From NCBI GenBank assembly GCA_038874435.1, contig JAVZCK010000008.1, forward strand, positions 9,705 to 73,704: DNA of 64,000 bases. The letters are read 5' to 3'. Numbering within the stretch: the stretch's first letter is position 1; each line of letters opens with the position of its first letter. The notes beneath the pieces are model-generated. The model had not been told where the DNA came from. It saw only the letters and a list, made by a program, of their open reading frames with translations, and did no database searches. Below, in pieces: positions 20,928 through 30,056 of the stretch. The translations under genes and the position numbers were made by a program. The DNA is from Thermoplasmata archaeon. Its GTDB lineage: Archaea > Thermoplasmatota > Thermoplasmata > Lutacidiplasmatales > SKW197.

Positions 20928-20973
20928 ACACAACCCTTTTGCGACGCAAAAGCGTTGACGGAAAAGGGTGGAA
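20928..20973 (+). other. about 46-nt insertion in 23S domain V (between GAGUUCA and UAUCGAC, about E. coli 2475); putative mini-intron or expansion element
   Basis: The conserved AAGAGUUCA|UAUCGAC is interrupted. The insert is closed by CCCUUUU/AAAAGGG. It contains a CGACGC-AAAA-GCGUUG hairpin and the same AAAAGCGUUGACGGAAAA core as the first insertion. Confidence 0.6.
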
Positions 20974-21390
20974 CATATCGACCTGGAGGCTTGCTACTTC
21001 GATGTCGGTTCTTCCTATCCTGGTGGTGAATGAGCTGCCAAGGGTGGGGTTGTTCGCCCATTAAAAGGGATCGTGAGCTGGGTTTACACCGTCGCGAGAC
21101 AGGTGTGTTGCTTTTTGGTGGAGGTGCATTGGTGCCTGAGGAGAAGGTCCCTTTAGTACGAGAGGAACGAGGGATCGGCGCCTCTAGTTCATCGGTTGTC
21201 CGGCAGGGCATTGCCGAGCAGCCACGCGCCAAGGGATAAAGGCTGAAAGCATCTAAGCCTGAAGCCCACTTCAAAAAGAGGCACCTTTAAGAACACCCGT
21301 AAATGACGGGTTTGATAGAGCAGGGGTGTACGCAGGGAGCGCAAGCGACCTGCTCAGCCCGCCTGCCACTAACGTTCGCAGCATTTGCGA

Positions 21391-21424
21391 GCGATACATT
21401 TGCCAGTCAAACAGTCCCATGTGC
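21391..21424 (+). other. 3' arm of 23S rRNA processing stem
   Basis: Complementary to 18335-18367. An oligo-T tract follows (21436-21470), a likely archaeal terminator. Confidence 0.7.
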
Positions 21425-21471
21425 CTTTAACTAATTACTCTTCTTTTGTTGCTTCTTTTTCGTTTTTAAAT

Positions 21472-22578
21472 CTATGTGTTTTTCCTCAACCTTTCAATTC
21501 TCTCCCCATACCTTTCCATAAATTTTCCAGACATTATTGCGTCTCTAACCTGTGCCATGAATTTTTCCATGTAGAAGATGTTGTGGATGGATGCGAGCCG
21601 CATGCCTAAGCTGTCGTTCTCGCGCAGGTAATGGGTTACCTGGGAGCATGTGTAATTCTTGCATGTAAAGCATTCGCACCCTTCTTCAAGTGGGCCAAGA
21701 AAGTTGAGCGTCTCCATATTACCCACATTGTATTTGCCATTTTTGCTAAAAATAGTCCTGTGTCTTGCGTTTCTTGTTGGGAATGCACTGTCAAAAACAT
21801 CTATTCCGTTTGCAACAGCTAATAGAATCTCGTCTTCGGAGCCAACCCCCATTAAATACCTTGGTTTTCCCTCATTGATGAAACGCACAGTTTTTTCAAG
21901 AATTTTGTGTGTCCATTCCTTTGGCTCACCAATGGAGAGCCCACCAATTCCATAACCATCAAAATCAAGTTTTGCAAGTGCCTTGCTACACTTTTCTCGA
22001 AGCTCGATATTGAAGCCGCCTTGAACAATGCCAAACAGAAGGGAGTTGCCATTAAATGCGTTTTTTGCAATTTCTGCCCATTCCACGGTGTGCCGCACTG
22101 CCTCTTCCACCTTTTTCTCAGATGCATTCCAGACAGGACAATGGTCAAGCACCATGTTCACATCAGAGCCAAGCTTTCTCTGGATTTCTATTGCAAGTTC
22201 TGGTGTGAATTCAATTTTCTTACCTGTATCTGGCGCTTTGAAAATCACGCCTTTGTCTGTAATTTTGTAACTAAAATTTCTCACAAGCTGGAAACCTCCG
22301 CTGTCTGTAAACACGGTTCTCTCCCAGCGGAGAAATTTGTGCAAACCCCCATGCCTTTCAATCACACTCAAGCCAGGACGCATGTAGAGGTGCAGGGCAT
22401 TTGAAATTAAAGCTTCCACATTACACATTTTCAAGTCCTCAGTTGAAAGCGCTTTCACAAAACCTTTTGTGGCAACTGGCAGAAAACATGGGGTTTCCAC
22501 CGCTCCGTGTGGAGTAATAAGTTTTCCAACTCTCGCATCTGAACCAGCGTCTTTCGTAATAATTGAAAAATGTTCCAT
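21472..22578 (-). CDS. tgt: tRNA-guanine transglycosylase (catalytic TIM-barrel domain only, no PUA extension)
   Basis: 368 aa. Shows the FLPVATKG, DSGGFQL and LMGVGSEDEIL motifs. C-terminal zinc site CECFTCKNYTCSQVTHYL. Confidence 0.85.
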   Translation of the reverse strand: MEHFSIITKDAGSDARVGKLITPHGAVETPCFLPVATKGFVKALSTEDLKMCNVEALISNALHLYMRPGLSVIERHGGLHKFLRWERTVFTDSGGFQLVRNFSYKITDKGVIFKAPDTGKKIEFTPELAIEIQRKLGSDVNMVLDHCPVWNASEKKVEEAVRHTVEWAEIAKNAFNGNSLLFGIVQGGFNIELREKCSKALAKLDFDGYGIGGLSIGEPKEWTHKILEKTVRFINEGKPRYLMGVGSEDEILLAVANGIDVFDSAFPTRNARHRTIFSKNGKYNVGNMETLNFLGPLEEGCECFTCKNYTCSQVTHYLRENDSLGMRLASIHNIFYMEKFMAQVRDAIMSGKFMERYGERIERLRKNT

Positions 22579-22653
22579 GCAGAGGGTTAAGGATTCTTTG
22601 AATATAACGGTTATTCCAGGGTGTCTGTAAAAAGATTAAAAGAAATAGAAAAA

Positions 22654-25600
22654 TCATTTATGTTTTCTTCTGTGCAACGTCCTAAACAATAAGATACACA
22701 GCGGAGCCAGTGTAAACACAGTCAGTTGAGAGAATTCTACCACGGGATACCAGTCGCTTGCCCCAGCACTGCCGTCAATGGGATAGGCATTCGGAGAGCC
22801 CCACCCTTGTCCATCCCAATTGCTCCAGTAGTTGCCTTCCTGGGCTGTGTTATCATACCAGTAATTGCCACCAACGCTATCATATGCCTGGCAACTGCCG
22901 GAAACACCCTTACCTGCACCGTTGTTACCTATGAAGTAGTTGTGGTGAATTGTGTTGCCTGTGGAACCTTCTATAATGTATATCCCATGATTTGTGTTGT
23001 TGCAAATCCAGTTATAGGTGATGATGTTGTTGTTGCTTGAGTATTCCATGTAGATGCCGTAGTTGTTGCCCGAGGCATTGTTGTTTGTGATGTTGTTGTT
23101 GCTTGAGTATTCCATGTAGATGCCGTAGTTGTTGCCCGAGGCATTGTTGTTTGTGATGTTGTTGTTGCTTGAGTAGCTCAAGTAAATGCCGCATTCGGAA
23201 TTGCTAGAAGCATTGTTGTTTATGATGATGTTGTTGTTTGAGTAATCCAAGAAGATGCCGACGTTTGAGTTTCCATAGGCATTGTTGTTCGTGATGATGT
23301 TGTTGCTTGAATGTGATAAGGTTATACCGTTGAAATTGCCATATAATGTATTATTTGTTAGCGTGTTGTTGTCAGAGTTTTCTGTGCGGATGCCTGCCCA
23401 TGTGTTGTTGGATACATTGTTGTGGTTAATATTATTGTAGTTTGCGAAATCCAAAAATATTCCATTGCCAATCTGTTCAGATATTGTATTGTTTGCAATC
23501 GAGTTGTTGTCTGAGATACTCAAGGAGATTCCCCACAAGTTTCCATACACATAGTTGCTCTCAATATAGTTGTAACTTGATGAGTATAGTTGTATACCAT
23601 TTTCAGCGTTACTGGACACATTGTTGTTTACAAGTAGGGTGTGAGAGCATCCATCTAGATAAATCCCATAGTAGGAGTTGTTGCATGTGTTATTGTCCAG
23701 CACTCCGTTAATTACATTTAACAACGCAATACCGGAACCATAAGGTGCACTGCCTGAATTTGTCGCGCCGTAGACTTTACAGTCTTGAATCACGAAATAT
23801 GCATCAGTATTCTCAATCCAGATGCAATAACTTCCACCATTGGCATCTATCTCCCAGCCCCCAATGATGTAGGGGTCTGTTGCTGTGCCAGAGCCTGCAA
23901 TTACTCCATTTGCAGGTGTGAACTCAGCGTTGCTAGTTATATGAATTGGAAGATGGACATTTGATACTGGTAGAGGATACCAATCACTTGCACCAGCACC
24001 GCCGTTGATTGGATATGCACTGGGTGTGCCGTAGTCCTGTCCATCCCAATTGCTCCAATAGTTTCCCTCATTAACTGTGGTGTCGTACCAGTAATTTCCG
24101 CCAACATCATCGTAGGCTTGGCAATTTCCATTCACATTCTTCACAGCACCATTGTTCCGGATGAAGTAGTTATGGTGGATGTAGTTGCCTGTAGATACGG
24201 AAGTTATGTAGATTCCATAATTGGTGTTGCTGGTAATTTGATTTCCTGTTATAATGTTATTGTTCGCTTGAGATAGGTAGATGCCATAATTGTTGTTATT
24301 TGAGATTGTGTTATTTCTGATTGTAGAATTGCTGGATGCATACAGCATCATACCTACCACGGAGTTATAGGAAATTATGTTGCCTTCCATCGTATTGTTG
24401 TTGGAATAGCTCAGATAGATTCCCGAATATGTGTTGTTGGTGGCAGTGTTGTTTTTAATCATGTTATAATACGATGATGTGGATAGGTATATTCCAGAAT
24501 AACAGTTTGAAACATTGTTACCTGAGGCAGAGTTGTTGTTGCTTGAATAATACAGATAGACTCCATATTGTGAGTTAGCCGATGCATTGTTATTTGCAAT
24601 GGTGTTGTTGCTTGAGCTGGCAAAGTAAATCCCGTAGGTATTTCCTGTAGCATTGTTGTTCGCAATTATGTTGTAGTTTGAGTTGTGCAGGTAAACTCCA
24701 TGCGTGTTGGCTGAGATATTGTTGTTTGTCACACTATTGTTGGTTGAGTAGTACATATGGATACCTTTGTCAGCGTTGTTTGTTATATTGTTGTTTGTTA
24801 TGTTGGTGTTGTTACAGAACGAAAAGTAAACGCCATTGGTGTTGTTGATAACATCGTTCCTAGTGATTGTGTTTTGGTCCGAAGAGTAAATATACACTCC
24901 ATACCAGTTATCAGAGATTTTGTTGTTTGTAATATTATTTCTATTGCTTGAAGCATCTAAATAGAGACCATAGTGGTCGTTTCTAGAAGCATCGTTGCCG
25001 ATAATCAAGTTGTTTGTAGCTCCATTTAAGCCGAAACCATAGTCCATGTTTTCATAAGCTTTGTTCCCGGATAGTGTATTGTAATTGGCAGATTCTAGGT
25101 AAATTCCTGTTCCATAATTGTTCGAAGCATTGTTGTTTGTAATGTTATTGTATCTGGCCGAGCTGGCGAGATAAATACCGTACAAATCGTTGTTGGTTGC
25201 AGTGCAGCCAGTGACATTGTTGTAAGTTGAGTCCTGCAAAAGAAGACCATAGTATGTATTAGAAGATAAATTATTGTTGATGATTTGATTATATTTTGAA
25301 TTACTGTATATGAATATGCCCATTCTTGATGTACAGTATGTATTATTTTCTACTGTACCATTATTCACATTTCTCAGTGCTAATCCAGCACCATAGGGCG
25401 CATTTGCACTGTCTGTGGCATTGGAAATACTACAATTTCTAATAGAAAAGTAGCAAGTGGTGCTTTCAATCCAAATTCCATAGGAACCGTCATTTCCGTC
25501 AATATTATAGTTGCCAATAAGGTATGGATTATTACGACTTCCATCACCAGGCCAGCCATACAGCGTTTTCATGAAGGAAAACTCTGAATTTCCATTTATG

Positions 25601-27561
25601 TGGAGAGGTGCAAGCACACGCTTTGAGAGCGGATAATTATCGCTTTCACCCCCACCGCCATCAATTGGATACGCACTTGAAGTGCCCCATCCAGTACCAT
25701 CCCAGTTGCTCCAGTAGTTTCCTGCCCGTGATACGCTCTCATACCAGGAGTTTCCGCCTACACTATCGTAGGCCTGAGATTTACCAGAAACACCTCTGCT
25801 AGCACCATTGTTTCTGATGAAATTATTGTGATGAATTATATTGCCAGTGCAACTGCTAGTAATATTAATTCCATACTTTGCGTTATTGTAAAACAAGTTG
25901 TAAGAGAATATGTTATAGTTTGCACCATTTAGGTAAATCCCGTATTCATTGTTACCAGATACATTGTTGCTAGTTATGGTGTTGTTTGCTGAAAACGCTG
26001 ACAATACGATGCCCGAAAGAGAGTTGCTAGTCACTATGTTGTTTATAATGGTATTGTTCTTTGAATACCTATCCAAGTAGATACCATTACCGTTTTCTGA
26101 TACATTGTTGTTTCTTATCGTGTTGTAGCTTGAGTTATATAGGTAGATACCCTCCTGTGCGTTATCCCATACGCTATTATTTATGACCGTATTGTTGGTG
26201 GAATTTACCAGCGAGATACCAGTAGTGTATGTATTGCTGTGCACATTGTTATTTGTTATGATGTTATGGTTGCTACCTCCTGAGATACGAATGCCTTTCC
26301 GCGATTCATTGCATATATTATATTCTAATTTTCCATTTGTCACATTGTTCAGTGCGATTCCTGCACCTTCAGGTTCACTGAGATACGCTGTTGCATTGTA
26401 AACTGTACAATTTCGAACGATAAAATATGCCGTTGTATTTTCAATCCAGATCCCGTATGATCCTCCATTTGCATTTATTTCATAGTTCTCGATTATGTAG
26501 GGATTCGCCTGTGAGCCATCCCCACCTATCACCCCATGTGCAGCATCAAACTGACCATTCCCATTGATATGTATTGGTGCGTGCGGTGTGGCTTTGATTT
26601 CCGAACAAATCCTTTCAACTCTCACCTTTGTATGGGCACTTAAATACAGATTGAACTGAGAAACTTTTGCATTTTCATGCAGTAATGCATTCTCCAGCTT
26701 GCACTCTATATTCTGCCAGTCAATCATGTAGAAGTAAACTGCATACTTCTCTTTAATGCCGAGCTGGTTTTTACCTGCCATTGTTTCTAACTCTTTACCA
26801 TTTGTTGCTGATGCTACAGTTTCACCGATATTCCAAGCCCATTCATGCTGCACTACTCCAGCAAAACTCAGCACCCTGCTTGCCTCAATCTTTCCGTTTT
26901 TGCCCAAAATTTCTAGTGCCCTGTCAGCGCCGACTGCAAAATTGTCGGAAGGTTTGAACCCAGTGGACGGGTTTGCGTCAATGTCAATAAACACATAAGC
27001 CAAATCCCTCCCGTTTGCATTAGGTATTGCAGTCTCTATATGATTTGATACATACACTGGAGTCCCTGATGAGGCCTCGACGAAGTATTTACCGTCACCA
27101 GCGAGCAAATTACCATAAACCTTGAAGTAAAATGCTACATTTTTACCAGTTTCTGCAGTTGCATATTCTGCGATGTCTATGTTATCTGGGACATCACCAG
27201 CATTTGGTTTTGTAGTCTTTGATATCCTTTGCCAGTCCTCAAAATTGCCATCTATTATTATTGCACTAGCACCGTTGCTCTGCCATGTCAGAAACGCAAC
27301 AACGCTTAGCACAAGCATTGCAAGCACAAAAACAGCCAGAATTTTGCCATGGCTTCTGCTTTCTTTCAATTTTCTACTATTCCTGTAGCCATTTCCGTTG
27401 GTGAATCCATTCGTCAGCCCATTTGTAAAACCACGGGTGTTGTCTTTGCCATTTCCGAGCCCTAAACACTTTGTAGTTTTACCCTCCAATCTCATGGAAA
27501 TCACAGGAAGAGAAGGGAATACGGGTATATAAAATTTTGCTGCGAAAATCTGTAAATTCAT
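22654..27561 (-). CDS. giant surface protein with right-handed parallel beta-helix (PbH1/CASH/NosD-like) repeats, three internal about 400-aa modules, N-terminal signal-anchor and C-terminal TM anchor
   Basis: 1635 aa. Dozens of about 22-residue rungs (NNxIxxNxxxGIYLxxSxNN). Each of the three modules ends with ...HHNYFIRNNG...QAYDxVGGNxWYxxxxxxGNYWSNWDG...AYPIxGGxGxSDxYP. N-terminus has a GFTNGLTNGFTNGNG repeat, then a TM helix. C-terminal hydrophobic helix plus RTLHRRKHK. Confidence 0.8.
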   Translation of the reverse strand: MNLQIFAAKFYIPVFPSLPVISMRLEGKTTKCLGLGNGKDNTRGFTNGLTNGFTNGNGYRNSRKLKESRSHGKILAVFVLAMLVLSVVAFLTWQSNGASAIIIDGNFEDWQRISKTTKPNAGDVPDNIDIAEYATAETGKNVAFYFKVYGNLLAGDGKYFVEASSGTPVYVSNHIETAIPNANGRDLAYVFIDIDANPSTGFKPSDNFAVGADRALEILGKNGKIEASRVLSFAGVVQHEWAWNIGETVASATNGKELETMAGKNQLGIKEKYAVYFYMIDWQNIECKLENALLHENAKVSQFNLYLSAHTKVRVERICSEIKATPHAPIHINGNGQFDAAHGVIGGDGSQANPYIIENYEINANGGSYGIWIENTTAYFIVRNCTVYNATAYLSEPEGAGIALNNVTNGKLEYNICNESRKGIRISGGSNHNIITNNNVHSNTYTTGISLVNSTNNTVINNSVWDNAQEGIYLYNSSYNTIRNNNVSENGNGIYLDRYSKNNTIINNIVTSNSLSGIVLSAFSANNTITSNNVSGNNEYGIYLNGANYNIFSYNLFYNNAKYGINITSSCTGNIIHHNNFIRNNGASRGVSGKSQAYDSVGGNSWYESVSRAGNYWSNWDGTGWGTSSAYPIDGGGGESDNYPLSKRVLAPLHINGNSEFSFMKTLYGWPGDGSRNNPYLIGNYNIDGNDGSYGIWIESTTCYFSIRNCSISNATDSANAPYGAGLALRNVNNGTVENNTYCTSRMGIFIYSNSKYNQIINNNLSSNTYYGLLLQDSTYNNVTGCTATNNDLYGIYLASSARYNNITNNNASNNYGTGIYLESANYNTLSGNKAYENMDYGFGLNGATNNLIIGNDASRNDHYGLYLDASSNRNNITNNKISDNWYGVYIYSSDQNTITRNDVINNTNGVYFSFCNNTNITNNNITNNADKGIHMYYSTNNSVTNNNISANTHGVYLHNSNYNIIANNNATGNTYGIYFASSSNNTIANNNASANSQYGVYLYYSSNNNSASGNNVSNCYSGIYLSTSSYYNMIKNNTATNNTYSGIYLSYSNNNTMEGNIISYNSVVGMMLYASSNSTIRNNTISNNNNYGIYLSQANNNIITGNQITSNTNYGIYITSVSTGNYIHHNYFIRNNGAVKNVNGNCQAYDDVGGNYWYDTTVNEGNYWSNWDGQDYGTPSAYPINGGAGASDWYPLPVSNVHLPIHITSNAEFTPANGVIAGSGTATDPYIIGGWEIDANGGSYCIWIENTDAYFVIQDCKVYGATNSGSAPYGSGIALLNVINGVLDNNTCNNSYYGIYLDGCSHTLLVNNNVSSNAENGIQLYSSSYNYIESNYVYGNLWGISLSISDNNSIANNTISEQIGNGIFLDFANYNNINHNNVSNNTWAGIRTENSDNNTLTNNTLYGNFNGITLSHSSNNIITNNNAYGNSNVGIFLDYSNNNIIINNNASSNSECGIYLSYSSNNNITNNNASGNNYGIYMEYSSNNNITNNNASGNNYGIYMEYSSNNNIITYNWICNNTNHGIYIIEGSTGNTIHHNYFIGNNGAGKGVSGSCQAYDSVGGNYWYDNTAQEGNYWSNWDGQGWGSPNAYPIDGSAGASDWYPVVEFSQLTVFTLAPLCILLFRTLHRRKHK
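23027..23158. repeat. perfect 2 x 66-bp in-frame tandem duplication inside the beta-helix gene
   Basis: 23027-23092 and 23093-23158 are identical. The unit is gttgttgttgcttgagtattccatgtagatgccgtagttgttgcccgaggcattgttgtttgtgat. Each copy encodes one beta-helix rung, ITNNNASGNNYGIYMEYSSNNN. Confidence 0.85.
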
Positions 27562-27846
27562 AATAAAATTTTCCTCATGAAATAATATTTCATATAGTTT
27601 TCATATAGTATATAATATTGAAAAAGTGCAAATTTCTATTTCTAATCTTTTTGACTATAGTGCGCAGCGCAAGTGGCAGGAGCTTTAATAATGGCATTGG
27701 TGTGGTTTGTAAGAATTTTTGTGCAGAACGACGAACTATGATGAACTTTTGCAATTCCTTTATCTTTGTCTTCTATTGGTTTAGAAAATATCTGGAAAAT
27801 TGGGAAATTGCGATTATTATAAATACACCTTATATGATTACTCTCC

Positions 27847-28395
27847 ATGCTTGAAAAGAGAGAGCAAAGAATTTTTTCCAATGCAGACATCTCTATGCTG
27901 TACTCTAAGTGTCTGGAATTCTGGCGTGTTCAGGGCTTTCATCTTGTTGAGATGGGAAACTATACATTTTCAGGTGAGCATTTTACATCCAAGTTAGGAT
28001 TGAAAAGGAAGATTCAGGTGCAACTCATTAAAAATAGTGAAAATGTCCTAGTAGATGCCACATTTTGTGCAGAAATTACAGAGACGGGTGCAGTTGCAGG
28101 TGCAATAGGTGCAGTTCTACTTTTCCCAGTTGCTGTGGCCGTGGGGGCTGTGAGTTATTTTGAATACGAAAACGACGCAGATAATTTGATGCGCGCCTTC
28201 TGGCATTATTTATACCTTGTCACATCATCTCCAGGCAAGAACATCTTGCCCCCTGTGCTTCCTACACCTGAGCAGCAAATGGCATCTACAGTTTCAACCC
28301 CTCCATCCGCAACTCAGCAGATTTTCTGCAAACACTGCGGTGCAAAAATAGAGGCAGACAGCAAATTCTGCAGATATTGTGGCGGCAAGCAATAA
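27847..28395 (+). CDS. small membrane protein with C-terminal zinc ribbon
   Basis: 182 aa. Central hydrophobic segment (AVAGAIGAVLLFPVAVAVGAV). C-terminal CKHCGAKIEADSKFCRYCGG. Divergent from the giant beta-helix gene. Confidence 0.45.
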   Translation: MLEKREQRIFSNADISMLYSKCLEFWRVQGFHLVEMGNYTFSGEHFTSKLGLKRKIQVQLIKNSENVLVDATFCAEITETGAVAGAIGAVLLFPVAVAVGAVSYFEYENDADNLMRAFWHYLYLVTSSPGKNILPPVLPTPEQQMASTVSTPPSATQQIFCKHCGAKIEADSKFCRYCGGKQ

Positions 28396-28408
28396 CACAA
28401 CTATATAA

Positions 28409-29815
28409 TTATATACTTCTGCCAGCATCTGCAATCATTTCTGTGTCCTTCTTGCAAACGATGCATTTCCCAAGTTTTGTAGGAACATTTAGCGGTACAC
28501 CTAATATGGATACATCTAGTGCCTTTTCGATTTCCATTCCACAACTTTCATCGCCACACCAGTTAAATCGCAGGAGACCTTTCTTGTTTCTTCCCTCTTC
28601 TATGTTGTCGATCCAGTAGATATTTTCTTGTAGGGTTTTCTCCGCCTTAGCATAAAGGTCTTCTTGTACTCTCTCAAGTAATCCTTTTATTTCTTCTACA
28701 AAATTATCCTTAGGAATTGTTTTCTTTTCTCGTGTATCTCTCCTCACCACCGTAACGCAGCCCTCTACCTTCTCTTTCTCACCAACTTCTATCCTAAGTG
28801 GGACCCCTTTCAGCTCCCAGTCATAGTATTTATTTCCGGGGCGTAGGTCTCTGAGATCTAGATGGACTCTGACTCCTGCATCTGCTAGGAGTTTCTGAAT
28901 TTCCATTGCATAACTTTCCACGAGTTCTCTTTTTTCTTTTTTTGGCACAGGTACAATTACCACTTGATAAGGCGCAATTTGTGGGGGTAGGATAAGCCCA
29001 GCATTATCTCCATGGACCCCCACCACTGCACCAACTAATCGTTCAGACAAGCCAAATGTGGTTTGATGAGCATGTTTATGGTTTCCATCCTTATCTTCAT
29101 AAAGTATATTATATGCCTTAGCGAAATTTTCATGATATTGGTGGATTGTTCCGATCTGGAGTGCCTTTTCTCCAACTAAAAGGTCTGCACCTAAGCTGTA
29201 AACTGAGCCCGCAAATTTATCCCAGTCAGGACGTTTATGGAGGATGTAGGGAAGTGCAAGCGCTTTTCCAAGCTTCTCCATTATCTGGATATCTTCCTTT
29301 ATTTGTCTCTCAGAGTCATTAGCGTCTGTATGGCATGTGTGGGCTTCAAAGAAATGGATTTCTCGGACGCGAATGAATGCTCTTGTCTGTTTGGTCTCGT
29401 ATCTAAATACATTCACAATTTGATAAATTTTGAGAGGCAAATCTGCGTGACTCCTTACCCAAATTGAGAACATGCTATACATTGCGGTTTCACTTGTTGG
29501 TCTTAGCACGAGTTTTATGTCTAGAGGATTTTCTCCAGCATGTGTGACCCAGAAAACCTGAGATGAAAAACCCTTGATGTGCTCTGCCTCCTTCTGGAAT
29601 TCGCTCTCAGGGATAAGAAGAGGAAAGCATACTTCGGCGTGGCCAGTTGCATCGAACTCTTCTCTGATTTTTCTGTCAATTAATTGCATAATTTTCCATC
29701 CGTAGGGTAGCCAGATATTCATACCTTTGACAGGGTATCTCTTGTCGCAGAGACCTGCCGCCTCTACTACCTCGTTATACCATTCGGATACATCTACTTC
29801 CTTTTTGTGCTCCAT
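28409..29815 (-). CDS. proS: prolyl-tRNA synthetase (archaeal/eukaryotic type)
   Basis: 468 aa. Class II aaRS motifs. Archaeal-type N-terminus (...NIWLPYGWKIMQL...). C-terminal zinc-binding domain ending CGDESCG...CIVCKK. Confidence 0.9.
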   Translation of the reverse strand: MEHKKEVDVSEWYNEVVEAAGLCDKRYPVKGMNIWLPYGWKIMQLIDRKIREEFDATGHAEVCFPLLIPESEFQKEAEHIKGFSSQVFWVTHAGENPLDIKLVLRPTSETAMYSMFSIWVRSHADLPLKIYQIVNVFRYETKQTRAFIRVREIHFFEAHTCHTDANDSERQIKEDIQIMEKLGKALALPYILHKRPDWDKFAGSVYSLGADLLVGEKALQIGTIHQYHENFAKAYNILYEDKDGNHKHAHQTTFGLSERLVGAVVGVHGDNAGLILPPQIAPYQVVIVPVPKKEKRELVESYAMEIQKLLADAGVRVHLDLRDLRPGNKYYDWELKGVPLRIEVGEKEKVEGCVTVVRRDTREKKTIPKDNFVEEIKGLLERVQEDLYAKAEKTLQENIYWIDNIEEGRNKKGLLRFNWCGDESCGMEIEKALDVSILGVPLNVPTKLGKCIVCKKDTEMIADAGRSI

Positions 29816-30056
29816 AGTTCCACTTTCGAGAGGAATAATATGGATTTTAAAAATGTTTGCCTTCGAAAAACAGCGGTGTTTTTACAGACATAAATATTGG
29901 TGCTAGTTAACCTAATTATGTGCTTTTTCTCTTCTGATTTTTTATGCCCCTTCAGAAACCAATGCAAAGTTTAGGTAGGAGATATGGAAAAAAGCGGTTT
30001 TATTTTTCCCTTCTACTGCAGAAAAATTTAACAACAACTGAACGTTTGAGGGAACC

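Noticed and set aside
21376-21471. Searched for 5S rRNA or tRNA immediately downstream of the 23S gene, and for 16S upstream (16390-18367)
   Set aside because: Upstream is occupied by glmS. Downstream holds only the processing-stem arm, a T-rich terminator and the 3' end of tgt. No 5S-like or 16S-like sequence.
23012-23194. Possible CRISPR-like or non-coding tandem repeat
   Set aside because: Only two units. Perfectly in frame within a beta-helix coding sequence. No spacer architecture. It is an intragenic duplication.
27562-27846. AT-rich intergenic region with short direct repeat (tttcatatag x2) considered as a possible ncRNA or mobile element end
   Set aside because: No extended structure or terminal inverted repeats. 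Most simply explained as divergent promoters for the giant beta-helix gene and the small zinc-ribbon gene.
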